DNA of 64,000 nucleotides from Candidatus Bathyarchaeota archaeon (GTDB lineage: Archaea > Thermoproteota > Bathyarchaeia > 40CM-2-53-6): NCBI GenBank assembly GCA_963733055.1, contig CAVTBR010000001.1, forward strand, positions 832,001-896,000, in the 5' to 3' direction. Position numbers and translations under genes: made by a program. Shown piece after piece: positions 19,669-29,682 of the stretch. Position 1 is the first letter of the stretch. Every line of letters begins with the position of its first letter. Under the pieces are notes generated by a model, which made no database searches, was not told where the DNA came from, and was given only the letters and a program-made list of their open reading frames with translations.

Positions 19669-19760
19669 TTTCTTTTCTCACCTCCTATTGCTTTCATTCT
19701 TTGCTTGTCTTCACCGTCTTAGAAAAACGGAAGGGAAAAGATGGGAATATGTGGCCTCGT

Positions 19761-20174
19761 CTACATTTTTGCTAGATTTGCCTGATCTTCGTCAAATACG
19801 GTCTGAAGGAAGCCCATGACTGCTTTTTTCAGCTGATCGTCTGGCATTGCTGAGGATTTCCATTCCCCAACCACTGTTACGCCAGTTTCCTTTCCCTTTG
19901 GTGTATAGTACTGTAACGATTTCGAACCTGCGAAAGGCCCATCTAAGATATCGAAGAACAGGCCTAACGGAGGCAGGGGCGTGAGCTTAGTTCTGACGGT
20001 TGCCAGCTTACTCCCCATATCTACGTCATAGGTGAGGATCATGCCGCCCTCGCTTTGTTCACTTCTAAGATTCTTCAGGCTAGGATGATTGTGCTGTCCT
20101 TCGGACAGATTCAATTTCCAAATCTTGTCCAAGGATGCTTTGAATGTGCTTCCTTCATCCATTATGAATACCAC
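19761..20174 (-). CDS. SRPBCC/START-fold protein, paralogue of the downstream gene
   Basis: DEG..F....DKIW, LDGPFAG, YTP and MPDDQL...V...F.ED are shared with 19249-19668. The SD GGAGGTGA points to GTG 20174. Confidence 0.75.
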   Translation of the reverse strand: MVFIMDEGSTFKASLDKIWKLNLSEGQHNHPSLKNLRSEQSEGGMILTYDVDMGSKLATVRTKLTPLPPLGLFFDILDGPFAGSKSLQYYTPKGKETGVTVVGEWKSSAMPDDQLKKAVMGFLQTVFDEDQANLAKM

Positions 20175-20196
20175 ATACTTCACCTCCCACTGTTTG

Positions 20197-20766
20197 TCAT
20201 CGTGTACTAGATGACGACTTCACGCGTGTGTCCATTGCTCTCTGCCAGCGTTGCATCCAGGCTGTTTCGTTCTCCTTCCACCATCTGTCGAACTCGTCCT
20301 TTGGGTGTTCGAGATAGTATTTCAGAACCTCACCGGCTAACATTTCCCAACCGACTTCGGTCCCCCAGTATGATTCGTCGCGTTCCGGGAAGCCCTGGTG
20401 TGTTATCGTTACCTTGGTGCCTCTCCCGGCTTTTTCGAACTTGACCGTAACCTTCGTCGGGCTCGTATCCATCCAGCTAGGAACTTTCTTGCCGGTTTCA
20501 GCGTCGTAATCGTTCATTTGCCACGTATAGACGAGAAGTTCGTTTGGGACAACATCTAGTAGCTCGCCGGTGGCAACGTATCCATCTGTTTCACGTCCCA
20601 TTTTCCATTTTCCGCCTTTCCGAGGCTCAATCTCATAATGGTCCGCCATCCACTCTTGCACATCCTCCTTATTCGTAAACGCCTTGAAGACTCGTTCAGG
20701 CGGAGCTTCGATCTGTAGAACCTTAACAATAGTACCCTTCATTGAATCCGTATCAGGTTGAGGCAT
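20197..20766 (-). CDS. SRPBCC/AHSA1-like protein
   Basis: IEAPPERVFKAFT...W, LVYTW, TKVTITHQGF and GW motifs. Confidence 0.85.
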   Translation of the reverse strand: MPQPDTDSMKGTIVKVLQIEAPPERVFKAFTNKEDVQEWMADHYEIEPRKGGKWKMGRETDGYVATGELLDVVPNELLVYTWQMNDYDAETGKKVPSWMDTSPTKVTVKFEKAGRGTKVTITHQGFPERDESYWGTEVGWEMLAGEVLKYYLEHPKDEFDRWWKENETAWMQRWQRAMDTRVKSSSSTR

Positions 20767-20829
20767 CTATCTTACCGATGGTTAAATGGGGAATTAACTA
20801 CTTATACCGTTGGCTAGTTAAAATCAAAC

Positions 20830-21759
20830 ATGCCCAGACCAAAACCAACCGTTCTAGCCCGCCAGCTGTGGGGAAGGCGCGTCGCCGTTGAGGTAAAGAT
20901 AGATTCCGGCGAGAATCTTCGACGTCAAATAACCACCGTACGCAGAGCCCTAAACTCCCCCACTTTGGCTGAAATCTTTCTCTTAATGGTAAAGGGTGCC
21001 AGTTCCCCGAGCGAGTTGGCGCGGGAGACGAGGAAATCCAAGTATGCCGTGAGCATTCAATTGGCAGCCTTGAAACGAGTCGGTCTCGTGAAGACCTCCA
21101 ACCTGATAGTCGTGGACATGCGCCGTAAGAGTTACGAAATCGTTTGGGAAAAATTCGGAGAAATCTTCAAACAAGATCACGCGCTAGAATTAGAAATCTA
21201 TGCAAATCAGCTCAGCGTGGTGGGGCTGAATGAAGTTCAAGGAGACATATCACGAGTCGGGCTCGCGATTACTGGGAATGGGAAACTTGGGCTGGTGAGG
21301 GAAATTCTGCCGCGAGATGTCTTAGTTCCCAATATGAATCAAGTTGGGCCGCAAGTAAATCAGCTGATTTGGGAATTCGTCGAGTTCTTCAAAGGCTACA
21401 TGAAAGAACGTCGCTTCAATACAATCCACGAATACCTTCTCGGTGTTTATGAGGAACTTTCCGAGCGCCATTCCAGGCTGCCAAGGAATTCAGAACTCTC
21501 ACGGTTCTTTGAATTCAATGACCGTGCCTTCAAGAGAATAATGCCCGTCGAACAAATTTGGAGAAAATACCTGCCCAAGAAACCGAAGGCTAACTTCCTT
21601 CTCTACAAGGAAAAACCCGTGAAGGAATTTGCCATCAAATTGTTCGCGGAGGCGGGAAGCGCCGACCCCTCAGGCCGTTACATATTGAATGCTGAGGCAC
21701 AAGCGGCCATCAAGCCAGGAGTGCCCCTCAGAATCTATCCAGCATATACCTACTCGTAG
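20830..21759 (+). CDS. ArsR-like winged-HTH regulator with an unrecognised C-terminal region
   Basis: ALNSPTLAEIFLLM...SPSELARETRKSKYAVSIQLAALKRVGLV. Confidence 0.75.
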   Translation: MPRPKPTVLARQLWGRRVAVEVKIDSGENLRRQITTVRRALNSPTLAEIFLLMVKGASSPSELARETRKSKYAVSIQLAALKRVGLVKTSNLIVVDMRRKSYEIVWEKFGEIFKQDHALELEIYANQLSVVGLNEVQGDISRVGLAITGNGKLGLVREILPRDVLVPNMNQVGPQVNQLIWEFVEFFKGYMKERRFNTIHEYLLGVYEELSERHSRLPRNSELSRFFEFNDRAFKRIMPVEQIWRKYLPKKPKANFLLYKEKPVKEFAIKLFAEAGSADPSGRYILNAEAQAAIKPGVPLRIYPAYTYS

Positions 21760-21804
21760 CCCGAAATCTCAAGCTGTTGAAAAGTAAGATAGTTCTCGAA
21801 TGTT

Positions 21805-22896
21805 TCAGATGGTCAGTTTGCCGTTTTGAACGATGGTGTTTCCGTTGACGGATAGTGTGGCCTTTGTGAGGATGCCTGGGAAATAGAAATCGGTCTTGTT
21901 CGCTCCACCGATGTCGTCGTTGCCGCCAATTGCAACTGTAATTGCGCCCGCAGTTATACCATCCTGCAGAAAACCTATTCTTGCCTTAGGATTCAAGCCC
22001 ACACCAACAACTGCTATCCTGTTCTTTTCGCCGGATGCTTTATCGTAACTCGCCTTGAAATGCCCAAAGTTCTGTGTCCCTCGGTAGTTGGTGACTATGC
22101 CGTCTTTGAAATCCAGACGGATTCCACCTACCCACTTGCCCATGTACGCGGTTGGTCTATCAAAGACAACCCTTCCCTCCGCAAACGTTTCATCCGGGCA
22201 AACAAAGACGTGACCGCCAGGGATGTTGGCTACGTTCCTTCCGTGGTCTAGATCGGCATCATCGACTATGCAATCCTCTGAGTCCGCATCTCGGCCTGCC
22301 AGCCGGAGGTTCAAGTTTGTTCCGTTGGGAGACGTAATCTTAACGTCGCCGTTCTTCAATGAGGGAGTTAGTTTCGTTACTTGGTCTCTCAACGCAGCGA
22401 AATCAACAGTAGATGCTGCGATTAGCATTCGCTGCCACGCGGCTAATGGGAGCCTGTATAAGCGAGCCCGATTGGGGCTGGCATAGCCTAAACCGATCCG
22501 GGCCCCTTTCAGCCGGTACCGTTTAGCTCTCTCATACCATTCCTCATTATAGCTTGTAGCCGCTCTGAACTTTGAAGGGTTCTTCCAGACCTTAGAGAAC
22601 TCGGCCGGTCCGGGGATGAAGATGTATCCCTTAGCTTTCTCAATCGCCGCCCACTCATGCACACCTACTTTACCCAGCTTATCTTCCGAAAGCGATTCAA
22701 CTGACTGCCAGAACGTTCTCTCATGCTCAAACAATAACATCGGGCGCACGCCTAACTCACGCAGTCGATAAATGAAATTCGTGGCGATAGGCAGGCCATG
22801 ATCCCAAGTTTCGACAATTACATCATCGCCTGAGTGAATCGCGAGCGTTTTGGAAAGAACGTTATCAACGAGATGATCATAATTGGCTAAGGCCAT
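21805..22896 (-). CDS. M29 (AmpS/AmpT) aminopeptidase-fold protein, apparently lacking metal ligands
   Basis: ITSPNGTNL, NIPGG-x-VF, FKDG and GVGLNP backbone motifs. Confidence 0.8.
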   Translation of the reverse strand: MALANYDHLVDNVLSKTLAIHSGDDVIVETWDHGLPIATNFIYRLRELGVRPMLLFEHERTFWQSVESLSEDKLGKVGVHEWAAIEKAKGYIFIPGPAEFSKVWKNPSKFRAATSYNEEWYERAKRYRLKGARIGLGYASPNRARLYRLPLAAWQRMLIAASTVDFAALRDQVTKLTPSLKNGDVKITSPNGTNLNLRLAGRDADSEDCIVDDADLDHGRNVANIPGGHVFVCPDETFAEGRVVFDRPTAYMGKWVGGIRLDFKDGIVTNYRGTQNFGHFKASYDKASGEKNRIAVVGVGLNPKARIGFLQDGITAGAITVAIGGNDDIGGANKTDFYFPGILTKATLSVNGNTIVQNGKLTI

Positions 22897-23057
22897 GATC
22901 CGCAAGCAAGCGAACACCCCTCATTAAAGATTGGCCATGAACAGTTTTCGATTCCGGATCAAGTCTGGAGCGCAGAAGACTTTCTTCTACTTTGTCTCTT
23001 CAGGAAGCAGCATGAAATACTGAAGATGAGATGTATTAGTTTGCAAGGTGCTGCGAA

Positions 23058-23633
23058 TTGAGTGATCTGATTCTAAACAAAGAGAACACATCCCTAGTAG
23101 TCATCGACCTCCAAAAAGGAGTCACATCGATGTCGACTGAGCCGTATGACACGAAGACTGTAATATCCAACGCCGCGAAGTTGGCTAACGCTTTCAGAGA
23201 AAACAAGATGTCTGTCTTCCTCGTCCATGTATCCCACTCGAAAGGAACCGCTCTTCAACCGATGGCCGACACCGCAATGCCATCAAATGGAGAGATGCCT
23301 GCGGATTGGGCGGATATAGTACCGGAGTTGGGCCCTGCGCCTTCTGACGTGGTGATAACCAAGAGGCAGTGGGGAGCGTTCTTCGGAACTGACCTTGATC
23401 TTAGGCTCAGACGCGGAGGAATCAACACAATTGTGCTCGCGGGCATCGCAACGACTTACGGTGTCGAAAGCACCGCCAGGTTCGCGTATGAGTATGGCTA
23501 CCAGCAAGTCTTCGCCGAAGACGCCATGTCAGACCGTTCCACGGAAGCCCATAAAAGTTCCATCGAGTTCGTCCTGAAAAGGATTGGAAGAGTGAGGAAG
23601 ACAGCGGAGATTCTGCAAGCATTGAAAGGGTGA
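23058..23633 (+). CDS. Isochorismatase-family hydrolase (YecD-like)
   Basis: VVIDLQKG, TKRQWGAFFGTDL and GVESTAR motifs. Confidence 0.88.
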   Translation: MSDLILNKENTSLVVIDLQKGVTSMSTEPYDTKTVISNAAKLANAFRENKMSVFLVHVSHSKGTALQPMADTAMPSNGEMPADWADIVPELGPAPSDVVITKRQWGAFFGTDLDLRLRRGGINTIVLAGIATTYGVESTARFAYEYGYQQVFAEDAMSDRSTEAHKSSIEFVLKRIGRVRKTAEILQALKG

Positions 23634-23769
23634 CACATCATTCCAACTGAGTTCGATGATTCGGGTTGGCGAGAGCTTCCCGATTAACTCGTTTTCAGGT
23701 AGGTCGACATTTCTTTGGGTAGGCAAAAGTTTTCATTTTGATTTGCCGTAATAACACATTGAATCTTCA

Positions 23770-24618
23770 ATGTCCTGGAAATATACGGACGAATATTACA
23801 AGAATTATACACGTGAAACTTGGGACGCCTGCGCAGAACAGTACGTTCCTATCTCAAAACAATTGGCTCCATTTCAGAAATCCATACTGGACTTGGTCAA
23901 ACCTGGTCAAGGAGAAACTGTCTTAGATATCTGCACTGGTCCTGGCGAACCGGCAATGAGTATCGCTTCGATCATAGGGCCAAGTGGTCGTGTGGTCGGA
24001 ATAGATCTCTCTTCAAGTATGACGGATATCGCGAAGAAAAATGCTGAGAAGAGAGGGCTGGTGAACGTTGATTTCCTAACAATGGATGCCGAGAAGCTCG
24101 AGTTTCCATCGAACAGTTTCGATGTCGCTGTCTCGTGTTTTGGTTTCCAAATCGTAACGCAACCCGAAGCAGCGGCAAAGGAAATATTTCGTGTCCTTAA
24201 GCCAAGTGGTCGCGCAGGCTTCACAATTTGGAGCACGGGAGACCAATCACCTGCACTCCACGTGCTCGTGGGTCCAATGTTAGAACACGCGACACCTGAT
24301 GAAGATGGATACTTACCCACACCATACGAGCTCGGAGGGCCAGGGGAGCTTACGGCAATGTTGGATGGGTTAGGCTTTGTGGACTCGAAGGAGTTCAGGA
24401 TGAGAGGAAATTTCGAAGCGGAGTCCGCTGAGGCTTACCTAACCATGTTTATGGATGGTTCACCGCTCGGCCACTCGTTGAGTGAAGAGTCCAGAGAAGT
24501 TCAAGATGAGGTGTTAAAGGACGCAAGGGAACGTATAGGGCGGTATGCGTCCGATGGGAAGATTTCTATTCCTGCCGAATGCGTCATGGTTGTAACCCGG
24601 AAACCAAACGTCTCTTAG
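23770..24618 (+). CDS. Class I SAM-dependent methyltransferase (UbiE-like)
   Basis: VLDICTGPGE, GIDLS, MDAEKL and RVLKPSG motifs. Confidence 0.88.
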   Translation: MSWKYTDEYYKNYTRETWDACAEQYVPISKQLAPFQKSILDLVKPGQGETVLDICTGPGEPAMSIASIIGPSGRVVGIDLSSSMTDIAKKNAEKRGLVNVDFLTMDAEKLEFPSNSFDVAVSCFGFQIVTQPEAAAKEIFRVLKPSGRAGFTIWSTGDQSPALHVLVGPMLEHATPDEDGYLPTPYELGGPGELTAMLDGLGFVDSKEFRMRGNFEAESAEAYLTMFMDGSPLGHSLSEESREVQDEVLKDARERIGRYASDGKISIPAECVMVVTRKPNVS

Positions 24619-24647
24619 AGTCGGATGATCCGACAGTATTCTAATCT

Positions 24648-25226
24648 TTACAGTGCCTTCAAGTCTTCTGGCGTGTCGATATCCTTCAGAGTACTTGGCG
24701 AGCCAGTTTCAACGAGACAAACCTCCCCTTTGTGTTTCTGAACCACGGCTTTCAAGCCGAAAGTCTGTTCATTAATACGCTCTATCTCAGGGAAGAGTTG
24801 TTTATCGAAGAGAATTGGGTGTCCAGATTGGTCCTTATGGGCTGCGATAACTATCGAATGTTTCCCGCGTCCGTATTCCTCTATGACCAAATTGATTGAC
24901 CGAAAGTCTACCATCGCAACATCACCAGGCAAAACCAACATGGCGCGTGTCATTGGACTAACTTCGCCAAGCCCGATCTTAACGGAGCTGCTCTGCCCTT
25001 TCTCGTAGTTCTTATTGACAATCAATCGGCAAGGGAGATCTGTGAGCACTTTCTGAACCTTACTCGCTTCGAAGCCGAGTACGACGATGACCTCGTCCAC
25101 TTTTGATTCCAGTGTTGCTTGAACAACTCTTCGAATCATCGGAGTCCCTTGAATCTTGGTGAGGAGTTTGTTCTTGCCGTGCATCCGAGCGGATTTTCCA
25201 GCGGCTAATACGATCATTGATAACAT
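24648..25226 (-). CDS. mocA: Molybdenum cofactor cytidylyltransferase (MocA-like)
   Basis: LAAGKSARM, NKLL, GQSSS, GHPILF and DIDTPED motifs. Confidence 0.8.
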   Translation of the reverse strand: MLSMIVLAAGKSARMHGKNKLLTKIQGTPMIRRVVQATLESKVDEVIVVLGFEASKVQKVLTDLPCRLIVNKNYEKGQSSSVKIGLGEVSPMTRAMLVLPGDVAMVDFRSINLVIEEYGRGKHSIVIAAHKDQSGHPILFDKQLFPEIERINEQTFGLKAVVQKHKGEVCLVETGSPSTLKDIDTPEDLKAL

Positions 25227-25229
25227 AGC

Positions 25230-26584
25230 TTACGTCACCCCATCTACAGGAGCCATGGGTAAGAACTCTGCACTGCCGGGTGTACCTACTAGTTGTTGGT
25301 CTTGGTAGATTATTTGGCCGCGCCGCATAGTAAGGATGGGCCAGCCTTTCAGTGTCCAGCCCTCGTATGGTGTCCAGTCAACCTTCTGGTGAAGGTCTTC
25401 ACCTCTGACCTTTCTTTTCATCTTCAAGTCGATTACTACGAGGTCGGCATCGGCTCCTTCCTTTATGATGCCCTTTCTTGGGTAGTTGCCGAAGATTTTG
25501 GCTGGGCTCTCACAGCAGACTCTTTGGAGTGTTGGCAGGGTTAGGCGGTTTTTGTTTACTCCTTCGCTCAACAGGACGGGTAGCATTGTTTCAATGGCTG
25601 GAACACCTCCCCAAGCTTTCCAAATATCGGACCACCCCACTTCCTTCTCCTCTCTAGTACCCGGAGCATGTTCCGAGGTAACGATGTCGACGGTCCCATC
25701 CCGAAGGCCCTTCCAGAGGGCGTCGACATCCTTTGGGCTCTTGAGTGACGGGTTCATCTTCAGGTAGGGTCCCTGCTTCTTCATGTCTTTACGGGTAAAT
25801 GTAAGATAGTGAGGGCAGGTTTCCGTTGTCACCCTTACGCCATCCTTCTTCGCTTTCTTGACGGCGGCAACTCCTTCACGAGTTGACATGTGCGAGATGT
25901 GGAGGCGGGCGCCTATTCCCCGAGCAAATTCAATCACCTTCTTCACCGCCCGTTCCTCGACGACGTTCGGCTTCCATTCCGCGTGCGCCAAGGGCTCCTT
26001 CCTACCTTCTGACAACAGTTTCTGTAGGTTGTCGTTCGCGAGCTGTTCATCTTCGGCGTGAACGTTCAAAATTGAATGCTGCATTGCTGTTTCCCGCATG
26101 AGCGACATGAGTGTGTGGTCGTCGGCGTAGTAGGGTTTGCAAGTGAAAGTCTTGAACGAACGCACGCCCAGCTGTGCAATTTCGGCAATGTTTGGCAGGT
26201 TGCTCAAATTCATCATCCCTGCGTGAAAGGAGAAATCAATCAATGAGCTCCGCCGTCCCTCCTCAATCTTGACCCGGACCCGTTCGGCTGAATCGACCGG
26301 AGTTGAGAGAACCATCTCAATCACCGTGGTGACACCTCCTGCAGCCGCTGCAGACGTCCCACTTGTGAAATCTTCCCGGTTCGTGAAAGCGGGATCATAA
26401 AGGTGGGCATGCCCGTCCACCAAGCCAGGCATGACGAATCGCCCCTTGGCATCAATTCTCTGATCCGTGCTCGGTTTCTTTGAGACGGTGACGGACTTGA
26501 TTTTTCCTTCTTCGATCAAAATGTTTGCGCGCGTAAGTTTGTTCGCGGCAGAATTCTTGCGTTTTCAACGAGAGTAGTCGACAA
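25230..26584 (-). CDS. Cyclic amidohydrolase (allantoinase/dihydropyrimidinase/dihydroorotase family), frameshifted near 26550
   Basis: PGLVDGHAH, AAAGGVTT, SFK, HAED, ETCPHYL and SEHAP motifs. The N-terminus MSTTLVENARI (TTG 26584) lies in another frame, one base short. Confidence 0.85.
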
Positions 26585-26654
26585 AGCGTCCTACCTTGAC
26601 GAATCTTCGAATCGAATTATATCAAGGAACTGTATCAAATAGCCTCTGAATAGG

Positions 26655-27602
26655 TTGAAGATTATGGAGCTCTCCACTCGAAGTTGCACGTTGGCTGTTC
26701 TGATCGGGTGTGCCCTCTGCATCGGCTTCACTCCCACAGCACAGGCCGCCCCCGGACCGAACACTGTTCTTGTCGGAATTTACGTGCTTAACGTCGGAGA
26801 AATCGATCTTAGGACGGGGTCCTACACAATGGATTTTTACTTATCCATGCGTTGCCCAACCGTCGCCCCCTGCAACTTTGGATCATTCGAATTCATGAAT
26901 GGACGGGCCTCGTCAATTAGTTTACAGGAGAACACAACCACTGAGAGGTTCTGGCGAATTCAAGCGAACCTTTACGAGAACTTAGACCTACATAAGTATC
27001 CTTTCGATTCACACAATTTGCTCATTCAGATTGAAGACCAATCGCTAACGAAGCAGAACCTCACTTACCAACCTGATCCGAACTATAGTGCACTCGCGCC
27101 TTCTATCGTGGTTGTTGGTTGGTCGGTGACTGGATGGAGTCAATCTGTCGTAGACGATTATTACCAGGTTTACAATGAAACCTATTCGCGATACACGTTC
27201 TCTCTAACCTTGGAGAGGGAGCCGACATCAGCGGTGGCGATCTTCATTCCAGTCCTACTGTTGACAATCATCGCGCTGATGGCGACGCTGATGTATGGAG
27301 ACGTCAGTTCGGTCTTTGAGAATCGAATTCTCCTGTCCGCATCACTTCTAATTGCGGCAGTTTTGTTCCAATTCAGCCTGGACAGTAACCTGCCACCGCT
27401 TGGTTATCTGACGTTCGCGGATTGGTTTATGATAGCGACGTACTTTGTTATGATGGCAGGATTGATTAGCGGCATTTTGGTTCTTAACTACCATCACCGA
27501 AAGGAGGCCGCCAAGGTCGAGAAAATCCGCCGCTACTCCACATGGCTGTTGCCTGGGCTCGCTATCATCCTGTACTTGCTTGTCTTTCTATTACTTGCCT
27601 AG
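26655..27602 (+). CDS. Pentameric ligand-gated ion channel homologue (GLIC/ELIC-like)
   Basis: Signal peptide; VGIYVLNVGEIDL...YTMDFYL; Pro-loop DLHKYPFD; pre-M1 LER; four TM helices; LPPLGYLTFAD. Confidence 0.85.
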   Translation: MKIMELSTRSCTLAVLIGCALCIGFTPTAQAAPGPNTVLVGIYVLNVGEIDLRTGSYTMDFYLSMRCPTVAPCNFGSFEFMNGRASSISLQENTTTERFWRIQANLYENLDLHKYPFDSHNLLIQIEDQSLTKQNLTYQPDPNYSALAPSIVVVGWSVTGWSQSVVDDYYQVYNETYSRYTFSLTLEREPTSAVAIFIPVLLLTIIALMATLMYGDVSSVFENRILLSASLLIAAVLFQFSLDSNLPPLGYLTFADWFMIATYFVMMAGLISGILVLNYHHRKEAAKVEKIRRYSTWLLPGLAIILYLLVFLLLA

Positions 27603-27636
27603 TTCCGGTGGTCAAACTAAGGAAGTAAGAAAAATG

Positions 27637-28245
27637 CTAGCGTTCAGTATCAGCTTCTATTACTCGCGCGAGTGACTCGGCCATGTTCCGATAGCTTGTA
27701 ACGTCTGGATGATATCCGTCTGGCGAAACACGCAAACGGTCTCTGTTTTCCGGATCTGCAACTGCAAGGTTTGTGTCGCAGAACGGGATTTCTAGTCGGT
27801 TGGCAGTATACTCTATCCAACTGTTCAGATCCCTGATTGCCGTGACTTCTGCGCGAGAAGCTGTGTTGTACGGGAGTACGGAAGCCGATACAGGTCGGAT
27901 TCCAGCCGAAATTGAATTCTGGTACATGAGAAGGAGGTTATTTTTGGTAGATTCCAGTGGCGCGCCCTGAAAGATATCGTTCACACCCGCGAGAATAATT
28001 ACATAGTTTGGCTTATCCTCGGTTACGTCACGATCAAACCTTGCTAAGATTTCATCTGACCTCTGGCCATCAATCCCCCTATTCAGGACTGTCCATTCAG
28101 GGTGTGTCTTCATCATCCAATACGCGTACTGGCTTTCAGGATTACCGCGTCCCTCCGGTGGGGCTTCGAGGGGAGAGAGGAAGCCCGGTGTCCCAGCAGT
28201 GGTGGAATCGCCTAACCCAACTATTCGAAGCTTCACCGGCAACAA
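27637..28245 (-). CDS. SGNH/GDSL hydrolase
   Basis: GDS, NRGIDG, GVND and DGYHP blocks. Confidence 0.9.
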   Translation of the reverse strand: MLPVKLRIVGLGDSTTAGTPGFLSPLEAPPEGRGNPESQYAYWMMKTHPEWTVLNRGIDGQRSDEILARFDRDVTEDKPNYVIILAGVNDIFQGAPLESTKNNLLLMYQNSISAGIRPVSASVLPYNTASRAEVTAIRDLNSWIEYTANRLEIPFCDTNLAVADPENRDRLRVSPDGYHPDVTSYRNMAESLARVIEADTER

Positions 28246-28286
28246 CCTATTCTATCCGATAGCTCCACCATGGGACGGTTTCAGTT

Positions 28287-29651
28287 TTGGTTGATCTCCT
28301 CATAAAGAATGGCGTTCTAGTCACAATGGACGCGAAACGACGAATTCTAGAAGGCCACGCCATAGCCGTTGAGTCAGGTCGAGTCGTTGAAATTGGCAGG
28401 ACTGCCGACTTAGAGAAGGAGCACGGTCGGGCCGAGGTTATCGACGCCGCAGGAAGAATCGTTATGCCGGGGATAGTTTGCAGCCACTCCCACCTTTACG
28501 GCATGTTGCTTCGAGGAGCATCCCTAAACATAGAGCCGCCTTCCGATTTCACTCAAATCCTCCAGCGAGTCTGGTGGCCAGTTGACGAGGCGATGAATTT
28601 TGAGGACGCCTACGCAAGCGCTCTCGTAGCCTGCCTGGAGTTCGCGAAATCAGGCGTAACTACATTCGCCGACACCTATTCCGGCCCTAATTCGATCTCC
28701 GGCGTGCTAGATCACATAGCGAGGGCGGTTGGGGAGGTCGGGATAAGGGGATTCATCGCTTACGAAGCTACTGAACGTCACTCAGCAGAGGAGGGCAACA
28801 GTGGGGTTCAGGAGAACGTTCGGTTCGCGGAGAGCGTCAAACCTGAGAGTAAAGCAAGGCCCCTCTTCAGCATCCACGCCTCCTTCACGGTCTCCGACGC
28901 CCTCATACGCCGCGTCAAACAGTCGGCCCAAAAATATCATGCGCCGATTACAATTCACGCATCAGAAGGGTTAGGTGATTTGCATCATAATATGGAGAAC
29001 TACGGCAAACGAACAGTAGAACGTCTCCGCGACGTAGGATTGCTTGGCCCCGATGTTGTCCTTGCACATTGCGTCAATCTCGATGAGAAGGAGATTGATA
29101 TTCTCAAGGAAACTGAGACCGGGGTCGCACATAACCCCATGAGTAACATGTTAAACGCGGTTGGTGTTGCGCCTCTTCTTCAAATGCTTAGGCGAAACGT
29201 TAGGGTTGGGCTAGGAAACGACGGTTACATTTTCGATATGTTCGAGAACATGCGATCAGCATTCCTGCTACACCGGGTGCACCACAAGGATCCTAACGCG
29301 ATCGACCCGTACACAATTCTAGAAATGGCGACTGTAAACGGGGCAGGGCTTTACGGTGTGAGAAAAGAGGTAGGTTCGATTGAGATTGGGAAGAAGGCTG
29401 ACATAATTCTAATCAAACCAAGCGTTCTCCCCACACCCCTCAACCCGAGCAGCGTCGTCGGACATTTAATCAATACAGTGGACGGGGACGACGTAGAAAC
29501 GGTCCTCGTCGACGGAAAACCGATCGTTATGAATCACAAGCTAGTTAGCTTCGACGAAGAGAAGGCCCAAGCTATATCACAGGCAGCGGCCGCAAAACTC
29601 TGGGCCCGACTGAAAACCGCCAAGCCAGAAATCGATCCACTCAGAAAATAG
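28287..29651 (+). CDS. Amidohydrolase (SsnA/MtaD-like nucleoside or base deaminase)
   Basis: CSHSHLYG, IHASE, LAHCV, HNPMSNM and GLGND motifs. Confidence 0.85.
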   Translation: MVDLLIKNGVLVTMDAKRRILEGHAIAVESGRVVEIGRTADLEKEHGRAEVIDAAGRIVMPGIVCSHSHLYGMLLRGASLNIEPPSDFTQILQRVWWPVDEAMNFEDAYASALVACLEFAKSGVTTFADTYSGPNSISGVLDHIARAVGEVGIRGFIAYEATERHSAEEGNSGVQENVRFAESVKPESKARPLFSIHASFTVSDALIRRVKQSAQKYHAPITIHASEGLGDLHHNMENYGKRTVERLRDVGLLGPDVVLAHCVNLDEKEIDILKETETGVAHNPMSNMLNAVGVAPLLQMLRRNVRVGLGNDGYIFDMFENMRSAFLLHRVHHKDPNAIDPYTILEMATVNGAGLYGVRKEVGSIEIGKKADIILIKPSVLPTPLNPSSVVGHLINTVDGDDVETVLVDGKPIVMNHKLVSFDEEKAQAISQAAAAKLWARLKTAKPEIDPLRK

Positions 29652-29682
29652 CCGATCCAATCGGAAACCCTCGTGTAGCTCG

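Noticed and set aside
23058-23633. Isochorismatase-family protein lacking the catalytic Cys (TYGVES)
   Set aside because: Gly at this position is typical of the known YecD-like subfamily.
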